Position numbers and translations under genes: made by a program. 32,000 bases of DNA from Candidatus Velamenicoccus archaeovorus (GTDB lineage: Bacteria > Omnitrophota > Gorgyraeia > Velamenicoccales > Velamenicoccaceae). Location of the stretch: the NCBI RefSeq assembly GCF_004102945.1, contig NZ_CP019384.1:690001-722000 (forward strand), in the 5' to 3' direction. The notes beneath the pieces were generated by a model. It made no database searches and had not been told where the DNA came from. It saw nothing but the letters and a program-made list of their open reading frames with translations. Of the stretch, positions 25,422 through 32,000 are shown one piece after another; positions within the stretch are counted from its first letter, which is position 1, and the number at the start of each line of letters is the position of its first letter.

Positions 25422-26464
25422 TGCTGTTGCAGGACAAACTCAAGGTGCTCCTGAAGCTTTGGCTCGACCATCGCAGCCCGAAGATATTCTCTTTTCATGA
25501 TTGCCTGCCAGACGTCTTCAGCGAGTATCTTGAGCTCCTTATGTATAAGAGATACAGGATTCTCGGCGCGCGCGACCTCGTAGGGCGGATCCAGGAAAGA
25601 TCGAAGGCAGGGCGGGAGGTGGTGTTGACCTTTGACGATGGACGCCGTAATTGCTGGAGCGTGATCTTTCCTTTGCTGAAAAAATACCGGGTGCACGCGT
25701 CCATCTTTGTCATTCCTTCGAGGATCAGCGATTCCGAAGAGGATTATCCAAGTCTTGAGGATTATTGGAGAGGCCGGGTCTCCTGGGAAAATCTCTACTT
25801 GAGCCATCGCAAACAGCCTTATCTGACGTGGAAAGAATTAAGGCAGATGCGCTCGAGCGGTCTCGTCGATGTCTTTTCCCACAGTCTGAGCCATCGAATC
25901 GTTCCCGTCGGTTCGCGCATCGTCGATTTTCAGCATCCCGGCGTTTATGAGATGCCCGTGTATTTCGACGAGTGGTTTGAGGGAGGGATGCCGTCCCCGG
26001 ATTCCATATGGGGTATTCCCGTTTACGAACGCGCTTGGGCGCCCTTGGCATCCAATGTTTATGTGCCGGATAAGAAAACAGACAACGTGATGCATGAGTT
26101 CATTAAAGCCAGCGGCGGCTTTCTGTTTTTCAAAAAGAAGAACTGGAGGGATCGTCTCTGGGAATATTACCGGCAGCATAAATCTGATTTTGCATCGGGC
26201 CATTTTCGAAAGGCCTCGGCGGGGGAAGGCGTGCGCACGAGCGTGTTGGGATCGAAACGCAAGATCGAAGAGGCCATCGGCGAGGAATGCCTCTTTTTTT
26301 CATTGCCGTTGTACCAGGGTTTCAAAGAGACGGCGCCCGTCCTGGAGGAGGCTGGTTACAAGGCCGTGTTTGTGGGGCCGGATATCCCCGACAGGAACGT
26401 TTCTTCCTTGCAGGTCTTTTGCCGCATCCCCAGCTTCTGGATCAAGTTCCTGACTTATTTTTAA
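25418..26464 (+). CDS. Polysaccharide deacetylase (NodB-homology, CE4) family protein
   Basis: NodB motif 1 LTFDDG and motif 2 HSLSH (H-S-x-x-H). 348 aa with no obvious signal peptide. ATGA overlap with the PHP gene. Confidence 0.8.
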   Translation: MMLLQDKLKVLLKLWLDHRSPKIFSFHDCLPDVFSEYLELLMYKRYRILGARDLVGRIQERSKAGREVVLTFDDGRRNCWSVIFPLLKKYRVHASIFVIPSRISDSEEDYPSLEDYWRGRVSWENLYLSHRKQPYLTWKELRQMRSSGLVDVFSHSLSHRIVPVGSRIVDFQHPGVYEMPVYFDEWFEGGMPSPDSIWGIPVYERAWAPLASNVYVPDKKTDNVMHEFIKASGGFLFFKKKNWRDRLWEYYRQHKSDFASGHFRKASAGEGVRTSVLGSKRKIEEAIGEECLFFSLPLYQGFKETAPVLEEAGYKAVFVGPDIPDRNVSSLQVFCRIPSFWIKFLTYF

Positions 26465-26470
26465 TGACGG

Positions 26471-26506
26471 CATAACTTACGTGGGGTTCGAACGACGTAA
26501 GTTATG
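26471..26506 (+). terminator. Perfect 12-bp hairpin without a U-tract (possible terminator or RNA-stability element)
   Basis: CATAACTTACGT, a 12-nt loop (GGGGTTCGAACG), then ACGTAAGTTATG. It starts 7 nt after the deacetylase stop. Confidence 0.4.
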
Positions 26507-26520
26507 TGCCGGAATTATGA

Positions 26521-26562
26521 GCACGTGACTTATGGAGCGTCAGCGAACATAAGTCACTGTGC
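26521..26562 (+). terminator. Second hairpin (10-bp core plus 4 bp after a bulge), no U-tract
   Basis: GCAC-GTGACTTATG, a 13-nt loop, then CATAAGTCAC-T-GTGC. Confidence 0.35.
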
Positions 26563-26638
26563 GAATTCATTTCGGCCAAAAACTGACGTCCTTACGGCCT
26601 GCAAGTCCAGACCCCAGCAGATTTTTTAAAAATAATCC

Positions 26639-26667
26639 TTGACAGAATTGCTTTATTTTAATAAACT
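26639..26667 (+). promoter_or_regulatory. Promoter for the tRNA-Thr/rpmG/tRNA-Trp/secE/nusG unit: TTGACA, 17 nt, TAAACT, with an AT-rich UP-like tract
   Basis: TTGACA at 26639-26644 and TAAACT at 26662-26667. ATTTTTTAAAAATAAT lies immediately upstream. The tRNA starts 16 nt after the -10. Confidence 0.6.
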
Positions 26668-26682
26668 TATTGCTTTACTAAT

Positions 26683-26755
26683 GCCCCTGTAGCTCAGTAG
26701 GTAGAGCACGTCCTTGGTAAGGACGGGGTCACCGGTTCAATTCCGGTCGGGGGCT
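26683..26755 (+). tRNA. tRNA-Thr (anticodon GGU)
   Basis: Hand-folded cloverleaf. Acceptor GCCCCTG/CGGGGGC (one G-U pair), D arm GCTC-AGTAGGTA-GAGC, anticodon arm CGTCC-TTGGTAA-GGACG, T arm ACCGG-TTCAATT-CCGGT, discriminator T. CCA is not encoded. Confidence 0.95.
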
Positions 26756-26774
26756 TGAAAAATGACGGTACTCT

Positions 26775-26924
26775 ATGAGAGAGCATATACTTCTGGAATG
26801 CCCGGTTTGCAAGAACAGGCTTTATTCCTCGACGAAGAACAAGAAGAAGCATACCGAAAGGCTTGAGTTGAGGAAGTACTGTCCCTATTGCCGCAAACAC
26901 GAAGCCCATAAAGAAGTCAAGTAA
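26775..26924 (+). CDS. rpmG: 50S ribosomal protein L33 (zinc-binding C+ form)
   Basis: This 49-aa ORF is not in the supplied track (too short): [49 protein letters not shown]. It has the CxxC...CxxC motif and the canonical position before tRNA-Trp/secE. Confidence 0.9.
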   Translation: MREHILLECPVCKNRLYSSTKNKKKHTERLELRKYCPYCRKHEAHKEVK

Positions 26925-26967
26925 CAGTATTTATTCCAAGAAAGGATCTTGGTGCAGGGTTAAGGTT

Positions 26968-27041
26968 AGGAGCGTCGGTTAGTGGTAAACCACCGGTCTC
27001 CAAAACCGGAACTGCAGGTTCGATTCCTGCCGCTCCTGCCA
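26968..27041 (+). tRNA. tRNA-Trp (anticodon CCA), 3-prime CCA encoded
   Basis: Acceptor AGGAGCG/CGCTCCT, D arm GGTT-AGTGGTA-AACC, anticodon arm CCGGT-CTCCAAA-ACCGG, T arm GCAGG-TTCGATT-CCTGC, then G-CCA. Confidence 0.95.
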
Positions 27042-27098
27042 GAATTTCATCGACGCGATAATGCGCCGCCGGTTTTAAACCGAAGATTACAATTTGTC

Positions 27099-27302
27099 AT
27101 GGCCAACGTATTCAGCGCATTCGCAAAAATTCCCGTTTTCTTCCGAGAAGTCAAAGGGGAGATGGTCAAAGTGGCCTGGCCCTCGCGCCAGGATTTGATC
27201 AGCGCCACCTGGATCGTCATTATCGTGACGACGATCCTGACGGCATATATCGGCGCGCTGGATTTTGTATTGTCCAAAGCCGTTGCAATCATCCTCAAAT
27301 GA
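27099..27302 (+). CDS. secE: Preprotein translocase subunit SecE
   Basis: 67 aa with FFREVKGEMVKVAWPSRQDL followed by a single TM helix (ISATWIVIIVTTILTAYIGALDFVL). The position between tRNA-Trp and nusG fits. The track start at 26982 lies inside the tRNA and is rejected. Confidence 0.87.
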   Translation: MANVFSAFAKIPVFFREVKGEMVKVAWPSRQDLISATWIVIIVTTILTAYIGALDFVLSKAVAIILK

Positions 27303-27407
27303 ATCCTGTCAGATCTTGCGATAAGCGTATTTTTCCATTCCGGGGCCATGCTGCCGTGAGGAATACCTTTGGTGTTGTCGGTTCGCATCGGTGGGAGGTC
27401 TAACGGG

Positions 27408-27935
27408 ATGAAAAAGTGGTACGTTGTTCATACACAGACCGGATCTGAAGACAAGGTCAGAAAAAGCCTGGAAGGCCGGATCGCCTCCAGCGGTCTAAAA
27501 GACCAGATGGGCCGCGTCCTGATCCCGACAGAACAGGTTTCCGAAGTTCGCTCCGGCAAAAAGAAGATCAGCCAGAGAAAATTTTTCCCCGGTTATATCC
27601 TGGTCGAGATGGAGCTGAACGAGAATACATGGTTGTTGGTGCGTACGACTCCCGGGGCAACGGGATTTATCGGGATGGGGAAGCAGCCGTCTTCGCTGAC
27701 TGCCGAAGAGGTGGACAACATCATGAAGCGGACGGTCGAGACGCAGGCCAAACCCTCTCCCAAAGTGCATTTTGAAAAAGGCGAATCGGTCCGTATTATC
27801 GAAGGGCCGTTTTTGAATTTTAACGGGTCTATCGAAGAAGTGAACCCGGAAAAACAAAAGATCAAGGTGAGCGTGTCTATTTTTGGCCGTTCGACCCCGG
27901 TAGAATTGGAATTCTGGCAGGTAGAGAAGGTATAG
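27408..27935 (+). CDS. nusG: Transcription termination/antitermination factor NusG
   Basis: MKKWYVVHTQTGSEDKV (NGN domain), FPGYILVEM, and KOW motif GESVRIIEGPFLNFNGSIEEV. Confidence 0.95.
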   Translation: MKKWYVVHTQTGSEDKVRKSLEGRIASSGLKDQMGRVLIPTEQVSEVRSGKKKISQRKFFPGYILVEMELNENTWLLVRTTPGATGFIGMGKQPSSLTAEEVDNIMKRTVETQAKPSPKVHFEKGESVRIIEGPFLNFNGSIEEVNPEKQKIKVSVSIFGRSTPVELEFWQVEKV

Positions 27936-28060
27936 AGGAGGATATCGCCCGCGGAAGCGAAGCGGCGCAAGCGATGCGTCCCAACATGCCCAGCGCCAAT
28001 TTTTGTGCCGCGTTGAATTGTGGAGTTGGACAGAACAAAGAGGTTAAACCCTAGCAAGGA

Positions 28061-28091
28061 CTCAGGCCGATTTTCAAAAATTGGTGCTGAG
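28061..28091 (+). promoter_or_regulatory. Hairpin in the 227-nt nusG-rplK spacer (possible attenuator or part of an L11-operon leader)
   Basis: CTCAG-G-CCGATTT-TCAA-AAATTGG-TG-CTGAG (12 bp including one G-U) followed by TTAAATT. A second small hairpin is TCGTCG-CTTCA-CGACGA at 28120-28136. Confidence 0.3.
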
Positions 28092-28162
28092 TTAAATTCG
28101 CGCACCGATTTATGTTCGTTCGTCGCTTCACGACGACTCCATAATTCGGGCGTTCATTAAAC

Positions 28163-28588
28163 ATGGCAAAAAAAGTCGTTGCGCAGATCAAATTGCACGT
28201 TCCGGCAGGACAAGCAAATCCAGCGCCTCCTGTCGGCCCGGCCCTCGGCCAGCATGGTGTCAATATCATGCAGTTCTGCAAATCCTTTAATGAGCAGACA
28301 AAGGACAAGGACGGCATCACCCTGCCCGTTGTCATCTCCGTTTACGAAGACAAAAAATTCGATTTTATCATCAAGACCCCGCCGTGCTCGGTCCTCATCA
28401 AGCGTGCGGCCAACCTCGCAAAGGCCTCGGGAACAGCCGGCAAGGAGAAGATCGGCAGCGTGACCAAGAAGCAGGTCGAGGAGATCGCCAGGCAGAAGCT
28501 GGCGGATTTGAACACGACGGATCTTGAGGTGGCCAAGAAAACAGTTGCAGGCACTGCCCGTAGCATGGGCATCGATATTGTGGAGTGA
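28163..28588 (+). CDS. rplK: 50S ribosomal protein L11
   Basis: [43 protein letters not shown] is the canonical L11 N-terminus. Confidence 0.97.
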   Translation: MAKKVVAQIKLHVPAGQANPAPPVGPALGQHGVNIMQFCKSFNEQTKDKDGITLPVVISVYEDKKFDFIIKTPPCSVLIKRAANLAKASGTAGKEKIGSVTKKQVEEIARQKLADLNTTDLEVAKKTVAGTARSMGIDIVE

Positions 28589-28591
28589 TCC

Positions 28592-29275
28592 ATGTCAAAG
28601 AAGCATAGCAAAAGATTTGAAGCCGGCGCCAACCTTGTGGACAAAACCAAAACGTATGCGCTCAAGGATGCGATTGCTGTCTTGAAATCCGTCCCAAAGA
28701 CGAAGTTCGATGAAAGCCTTGAAGTTTCTTTTCATTTGCGTGTGGATACAAAGAAATCGGACCATATGATCCGCGGGACAGTGGTTCTTCCTCACGGGAC
28801 AGGCAAAAAGATCCGCGTGGCGGTCTTTTGTAAAGGGGAAGCCGAAAAACAGGCCCAGGAGGCAGGTGCAGATTATGTCGGCGCCCAGGAATTGATCAAC
28901 AAGGTTGCCGGCGGATGGATGGATTTTGACAGTGTCGTGGCGACGCCTGACATGATGAGGGATTTAAGCAAGCTCGGCAAGATCCTGGGGCCGAGGGGAT
29001 TGATGCCCAGTCCCAAGACGGGGACCGTGACTCCGAACGTAGGCCAGGCGATCCGGGACCTCAAGGCCGGTAAAGTCGAATTCAAGGTCGATAAGCAGGG
29101 CGGCATCCACGTGGCGGTCGGTAAAATGTCTTTCAGCGAAGGGCAGCTGTACGAGAACGCCTTTACCTTAATAGAAACCGTTAAAAACGCAAGGCCCGCT
29201 TCAGTCAAGGGTGAGTTCGTGAGGTCGATCGCGCTCTCAACAAGCATGGGGCCTGGATTAAAGGTCAACGCATGA
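28592..29275 (+). CDS. rplA: 50S ribosomal protein L1
   Basis: FDESLEVSFHLRVDTKKSDHMIRGTVVLPHGTGK, MPSPKTGTVT, KAGKVEFKVDK. Confidence 0.97.
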   Translation: MSKKHSKRFEAGANLVDKTKTYALKDAIAVLKSVPKTKFDESLEVSFHLRVDTKKSDHMIRGTVVLPHGTGKKIRVAVFCKGEAEKQAQEAGADYVGAQELINKVAGGWMDFDSVVATPDMMRDLSKLGKILGPRGLMPSPKTGTVTPNVGQAIRDLKAGKVEFKVDKQGGIHVAVGKMSFSEGQLYENAFTLIETVKNARPASVKGEFVRSIALSTSMGPGLKVNA

Positions 29276-29811
29276 ACGTCATGACGAAGAGGATCGGGGA
29301 GATTTACAGGAATCTTGTCGGCTTGGAGATCAGGCGGCGGCTGGATCATGCCCAGGATATTTTCCTTTTAAATTATCAGAAGATGTCTTCCGCCGAGATG
29401 ACACAACTGAGGAAAGACTTGAAGACCGTGGGGGCCAGCGTTCTGGTCGTCAAGAATTCCTTTATGCGCAAGGCTTTTGAAGAAACCAAGAAACCGGCGG
29501 ACGCCGTCCGCCTTGTTGACGGGCCGATGGCCATGGTTTTCGTCAAGGATGATCCTGTTGCGACGTCCAAGATCCTCGTGAATTTTGCCAAGCAGCACGA
29601 GGCCTTGAAGCTTTGCGGCGGATTCATGTCCGAGAGGGTCTTGAACAAGACAGACCTTGATTTCATCTCCAAGCTTCCTTCCAGACAAGGTCTCTATCAG
29701 CAGGTCGCATCTGCTTTGAATGCACCCATAAGCAAGCTGGCGATGAGCCTTAACCAGATTGTGACGAAGCTGGCGTATGCGCTCAATGCCGTTAAAGATC
29801 AGAAAAAATAA
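29272..29811 (+). CDS. rplJ: 50S ribosomal protein L10
   Basis: Position between rplA and rplL. L10-like pattern (LRKDLKTVGASVLVVKNSFMRKA...GPMAMVF). ATG 29272 overlaps the rplA stop (ATGA); ATG 29281 is an alternative start. Confidence 0.9.
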   Translation: MNVMTKRIGEIYRNLVGLEIRRRLDHAQDIFLLNYQKMSSAEMTQLRKDLKTVGASVLVVKNSFMRKAFEETKKPADAVRLVDGPMAMVFVKDDPVATSKILVNFAKQHEALKLCGGFMSERVLNKTDLDFISKLPSRQGLYQQVASALNAPISKLAMSLNQIVTKLAYALNAVKDQKK

Positions 29812-29856
29812 TTTCAACTCTTAACTTGCATATCCTAGGAAAGGGGAGGTAATCAC

Positions 29857-30243
29857 ATGGCAAAAATCGAAGACATGATCAAAGAAATCGAATCGATGAC
29901 CGTCCTTGAATTGAGCGACCTGGTGAAGGCCATCGAAGAGAAATTTGGCGTGACGGCTCAGGCGCCCGTGATGGCAGTTGCAGCGGGGGCTCCGGGGGCA
30001 GGCGCAGGGGCTGCGGCTCCGGCGGAAGAGAAAACCGTATTCACGGTTGTGCTCACCAGTGCAGGCGCCAACAAGATCGCCGTCATCAAGGAAGTCCGCG
30101 CGATCACCAATCTCGGTCTGAAAGAAGCCAAGGATCTGGTGGATGGAGCGCCGAAACCCGTCAAAGAGAGCGTTCCAAAGGCTGAAGCCGACGAGCTCAA
30201 GAAGAAGCTGGAAGCCGCCGGAGCGACGGTGGAGTTGAAGTAA
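29857..30243 (+). CDS. rplL: 50S ribosomal protein L7/L12
   Basis: The N-terminal dimerisation helix is followed by an Ala/Gly/Pro hinge ([18 protein letters not shown]). The C-terminal domain is [32 protein letters not shown]. The SD GGGGAGG lies upstream. Confidence 0.97.
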   Translation: MAKIEDMIKEIESMTVLELSDLVKAIEEKFGVTAQAPVMAVAAGAPGAGAGAAAPAEEKTVFTVVLTSAGANKIAVIKEVRAITNLGLKEAKDLVDGAPKPVKESVPKAEADELKKKLEAAGATVELK

Positions 30244-30286
30244 ACAGGGCTGGGCCTTAAATCATCCGTTGAATACGGAGACTTGA

Positions 30287-32000
30287 ATGAGCAAAAGAAA
30301 AAGCTTTGCCAAATTAAGAGAAATTTACCCGATGCCGAACCTTTTGGATCTGCAACTCCTGTCTTATGAGGAGTTTCTGCAGGCTGATGTCCGTTCCGAA
30401 GAACGGAAATCCTTGGGGCTGCAAGAAGCATTCCAGGAAGTTTTCCCGATTGAGAGTTTCGACAAAAGGTTCCGTCTTGAGTTTGTCAGCTACACCCTCG
30501 GCAAGCCGAAATACTCCGTTGAAGAATGCCGCCGCAGGGGAATGACTTTCGCATCGCCTTTACGTGCGAACCTGCGTCTGATCACACCCAACGACGTTAA
30601 GATCCAGGAGGTCTATTTCGGGGAGCTGCCCTTGATGACGCCGACAGCCTCTTTCATCATCAATGGCGACGAGCGGGTTATTGTGAGCCAGCTGCAGCGT
30701 TCCCCGGGCGTCTGCTTTGAAGAGGAGCAGCATCCTACCGGCAAAAAGATATTCTACGGCCGCATCATCCCCTATCGTGGGGCGTGGCTTGAATTCAAAT
30801 ATGATTTGAACGAGGTCATCCTGGCCTATGTGGACCGCCGCCGCAGTTTTCCGGCGACGCAGATCTTGCGTATCATGGGGTTTTCCGGAGACGAAGAGAT
30901 CACAAAAGCTTTCGGCGATGTCCCTGAGATTGCCAATACCCTCAAGAAAGATTTCACCAAGAACAAGGAAGAGGCCCTTATCGACTTTTATCGCAAGATG
31001 CGCCCGACGGAGCCTGTGACTCCGGAAGCGGCCGAGGAGCTATTCTATCGTCTTTTTTTTGATCCCAAGCGCTACGATATCGCCCGCGCCGGCCGTTTCA
31101 TATTGAACAGAAAGCTCGGCATGGGCGTTTCTGTCGATAAGCGCATCCTGGATGCCGAGACGGTGATCAAGGTGATCCAGTATCTCGTGGGTCTCAAGAA
31201 GGGCGAGGGCGAGATCGATGATATCGACCATTTAGGTAATCGCCGCGTCAAGACCGTGGGTGAACTCATCCAGAATCAGGCGAGGATAGGCCTGGCAAGA
31301 CTGGAAAGGTCCATCCGCGAGCGTCTGGCGATTTTGACGGATGCCGACGCGGTCATGATCTATCATCTGATTAATTCCAAACTTTTCTCCAGCCAGATCC
31401 GCGATTTCTTTGCCAGGAGCCAGTTGTCCCAATTTATGGACCAAGTCAATCCCTTGGCAGAGCTAACCCATAAGCGCCGTTTGAGCGCGCTGGGGCCGGG
31501 CGGGTTGTCCCGTGAAAGGGCGGGGTTTGAAGTCCGTGATATCCACCAGTCCCATTACGGCCGTATTTGTCCTATTGAGACGCCTGAAGGTCCGAACATC
31601 GGGCTGATTGCATCATTGACGACCTATGCCAGAGTCAATGATCTGGGATATCTTGAGACGCCTTATCGCAAGGTTGACGACGGCCGCGTCACAAAGAGGA
31701 TCGAGTATATTACGGCGGACCTCGAGCTCAATAAGTCCATGGCGCAGGCCAACAGCCCCCTGGATGAAGATGGAACCTTCCAGGAGAAAGACGTTATTTG
31801 CCGCCTCAGGGGCGATTTCCCAAAATTGCCTCCCAAAAAAGTCGACTTCATGGATGTATCGCCGAAACAACTGGTGTCCTTGGCGGCATCCCTGATCCCG
31901 TTTTTAGAGCACGATGACGCCAACCGCGCGCTGATGGGTTCCAACATGCAGCGTCAGGCGGTGCCCTTGATGATCACCGAACGCCCGTTGGTCGGCACCG
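30287..32000 (+). CDS. rpoB: DNA-directed RNA polymerase subunit beta, N-terminal ~571 codons; continues beyond the window
   Basis: This ORF is not in the supplied track because it has no stop in the window. I translated frame 2 by hand with no interruptions. It contains [10 protein letters not shown]..., [84 protein letters not shown] and [21 protein letters not shown]. Confidence 0.97.
   Translation, partial: MSKRKSFAKLREIYPMPNLLDLQLLSYEEFLQADVRSEERKSLGLQEAFQEVFPIESFDKRFRLEFVSYTLGKPKYSVEECRRRGMTFASPLRANLRLITPNDVKIQEVYFGELPLMTPTASFIINGDERVIVSQLQRSPGVCFEEEQHPTGKKIFYGRIIPYRGAWLEFKYDLNEVILAYVDRRRSFPATQILRIMGFSGDEEITKAFGDVPEIANTLKKDFTKNKEEALIDFYRKMRPTEPVTPEAAEELFYRLFFDPKRYDIARAGRFILNRKLGMGVSVDKRILDAETVIKVIQYLVGLKKGEGEIDDIDHLGNRRVKTVGELIQNQARIGLARLERSIRERLAILTDADAVMIYHLINSKLFSSQIRDFFARSQLSQFMDQVNPLAELTHKRRLSALGPGGLSRERAGFEVRDIHQSHYGRICPIETPEGPNIGLIASLTTYARVNDLGYLETPYRKVDDGRVTKRIEYITADLELNKSMAQANSPLDEDGTFQEKDVICRLRGDFPKLPPKKVDFMDVSPKQLVSLAASLIPFLEHDDANRALMGSNMQRQAVPLMITERPLVGT

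Noticed and set aside
26683-27041. tRNA genes as an integration hotspot, with a possible genomic island in the preceding PHP/deacetylase region.
   Set aside because: There is no integrase, no duplicated tRNA 3-prime end (att-like direct repeat) visible in the window, and no visible compositional break. The upstream genes are translationally coupled to ugd/uxs.
26982-27098. The track ORF start at 26982 for secE.
   Set aside because: It begins inside tRNA-Trp. ATG 27099 gives a normal 67-aa SecE.
31421-31500. rpoB rifampicin-resistance cluster I differs from E. coli at N518V, S522A, I524L and I530L (E. coli numbering).
   Set aside because: The key positions D516, H526 and S531 are wild-type. 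The differences look like ordinary lineage variation, and no resistance claim is justified from sequence alone.

Overview
This window is a 32-kb block in which every gene I can support (about 33 CDS and 2 tRNAs) lies on the + strand. Many neighbours are translationally coupled through ATGA- or TAATG-type overlaps. The organism appears to be a diderm bacterium (LptD is present) of moderate GC; I cannot assign a taxon from the sequence alone.

Gene order:
- miaB (3-prime part), TPR/SPOR lipoprotein, miaA, hflX
- HspR-like MerR regulator, clpB, hpf
- CIRCE operator, hrcA, grpE, dnaK, dnaJ
- FmdB-type zinc ribbon, VanZ-like protein, DUF1015 protein, accD
- MalK-type ABC ATPase, two GGDEF diguanylate cyclases, CPBP protease
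- ROK glucokinase, lptD, ugd, uxs, PHP phosphoesterase, NodB-type deacetylase
- tRNA-Thr(GGU), rpmG, tRNA-Trp(CCA), secE, nusG, rplK, rplA, rplJ, rplL, rpoB (5-prime part)

I found no transposase, integrase, CRISPR array, toxin-antitoxin pair or recognisable defence gene, and I see no convincing new protein-coding system.

The signals least explained by standard annotation are non-coding:
1. A triplicated hflX start-site box with leader mini-ORFs and hairpins.
2. An inverted pair of 4x8-nt tandem arrays filling the dnaK-dnaJ spacer.
3. CCAA/TTGG heptad arrays after dnaJ and in front of the ABC-ATPase/GGDEF operon.

Secondary points are a contiguous ribosome and proteostasis stress supercluster under two different repressors, an lptD-linked UDP-sugar operon, and a pair of GGDEF paralogs that differ at the allosteric I-site. 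All functional interpretations are inference from motifs I recognise by eye; no database search was run.
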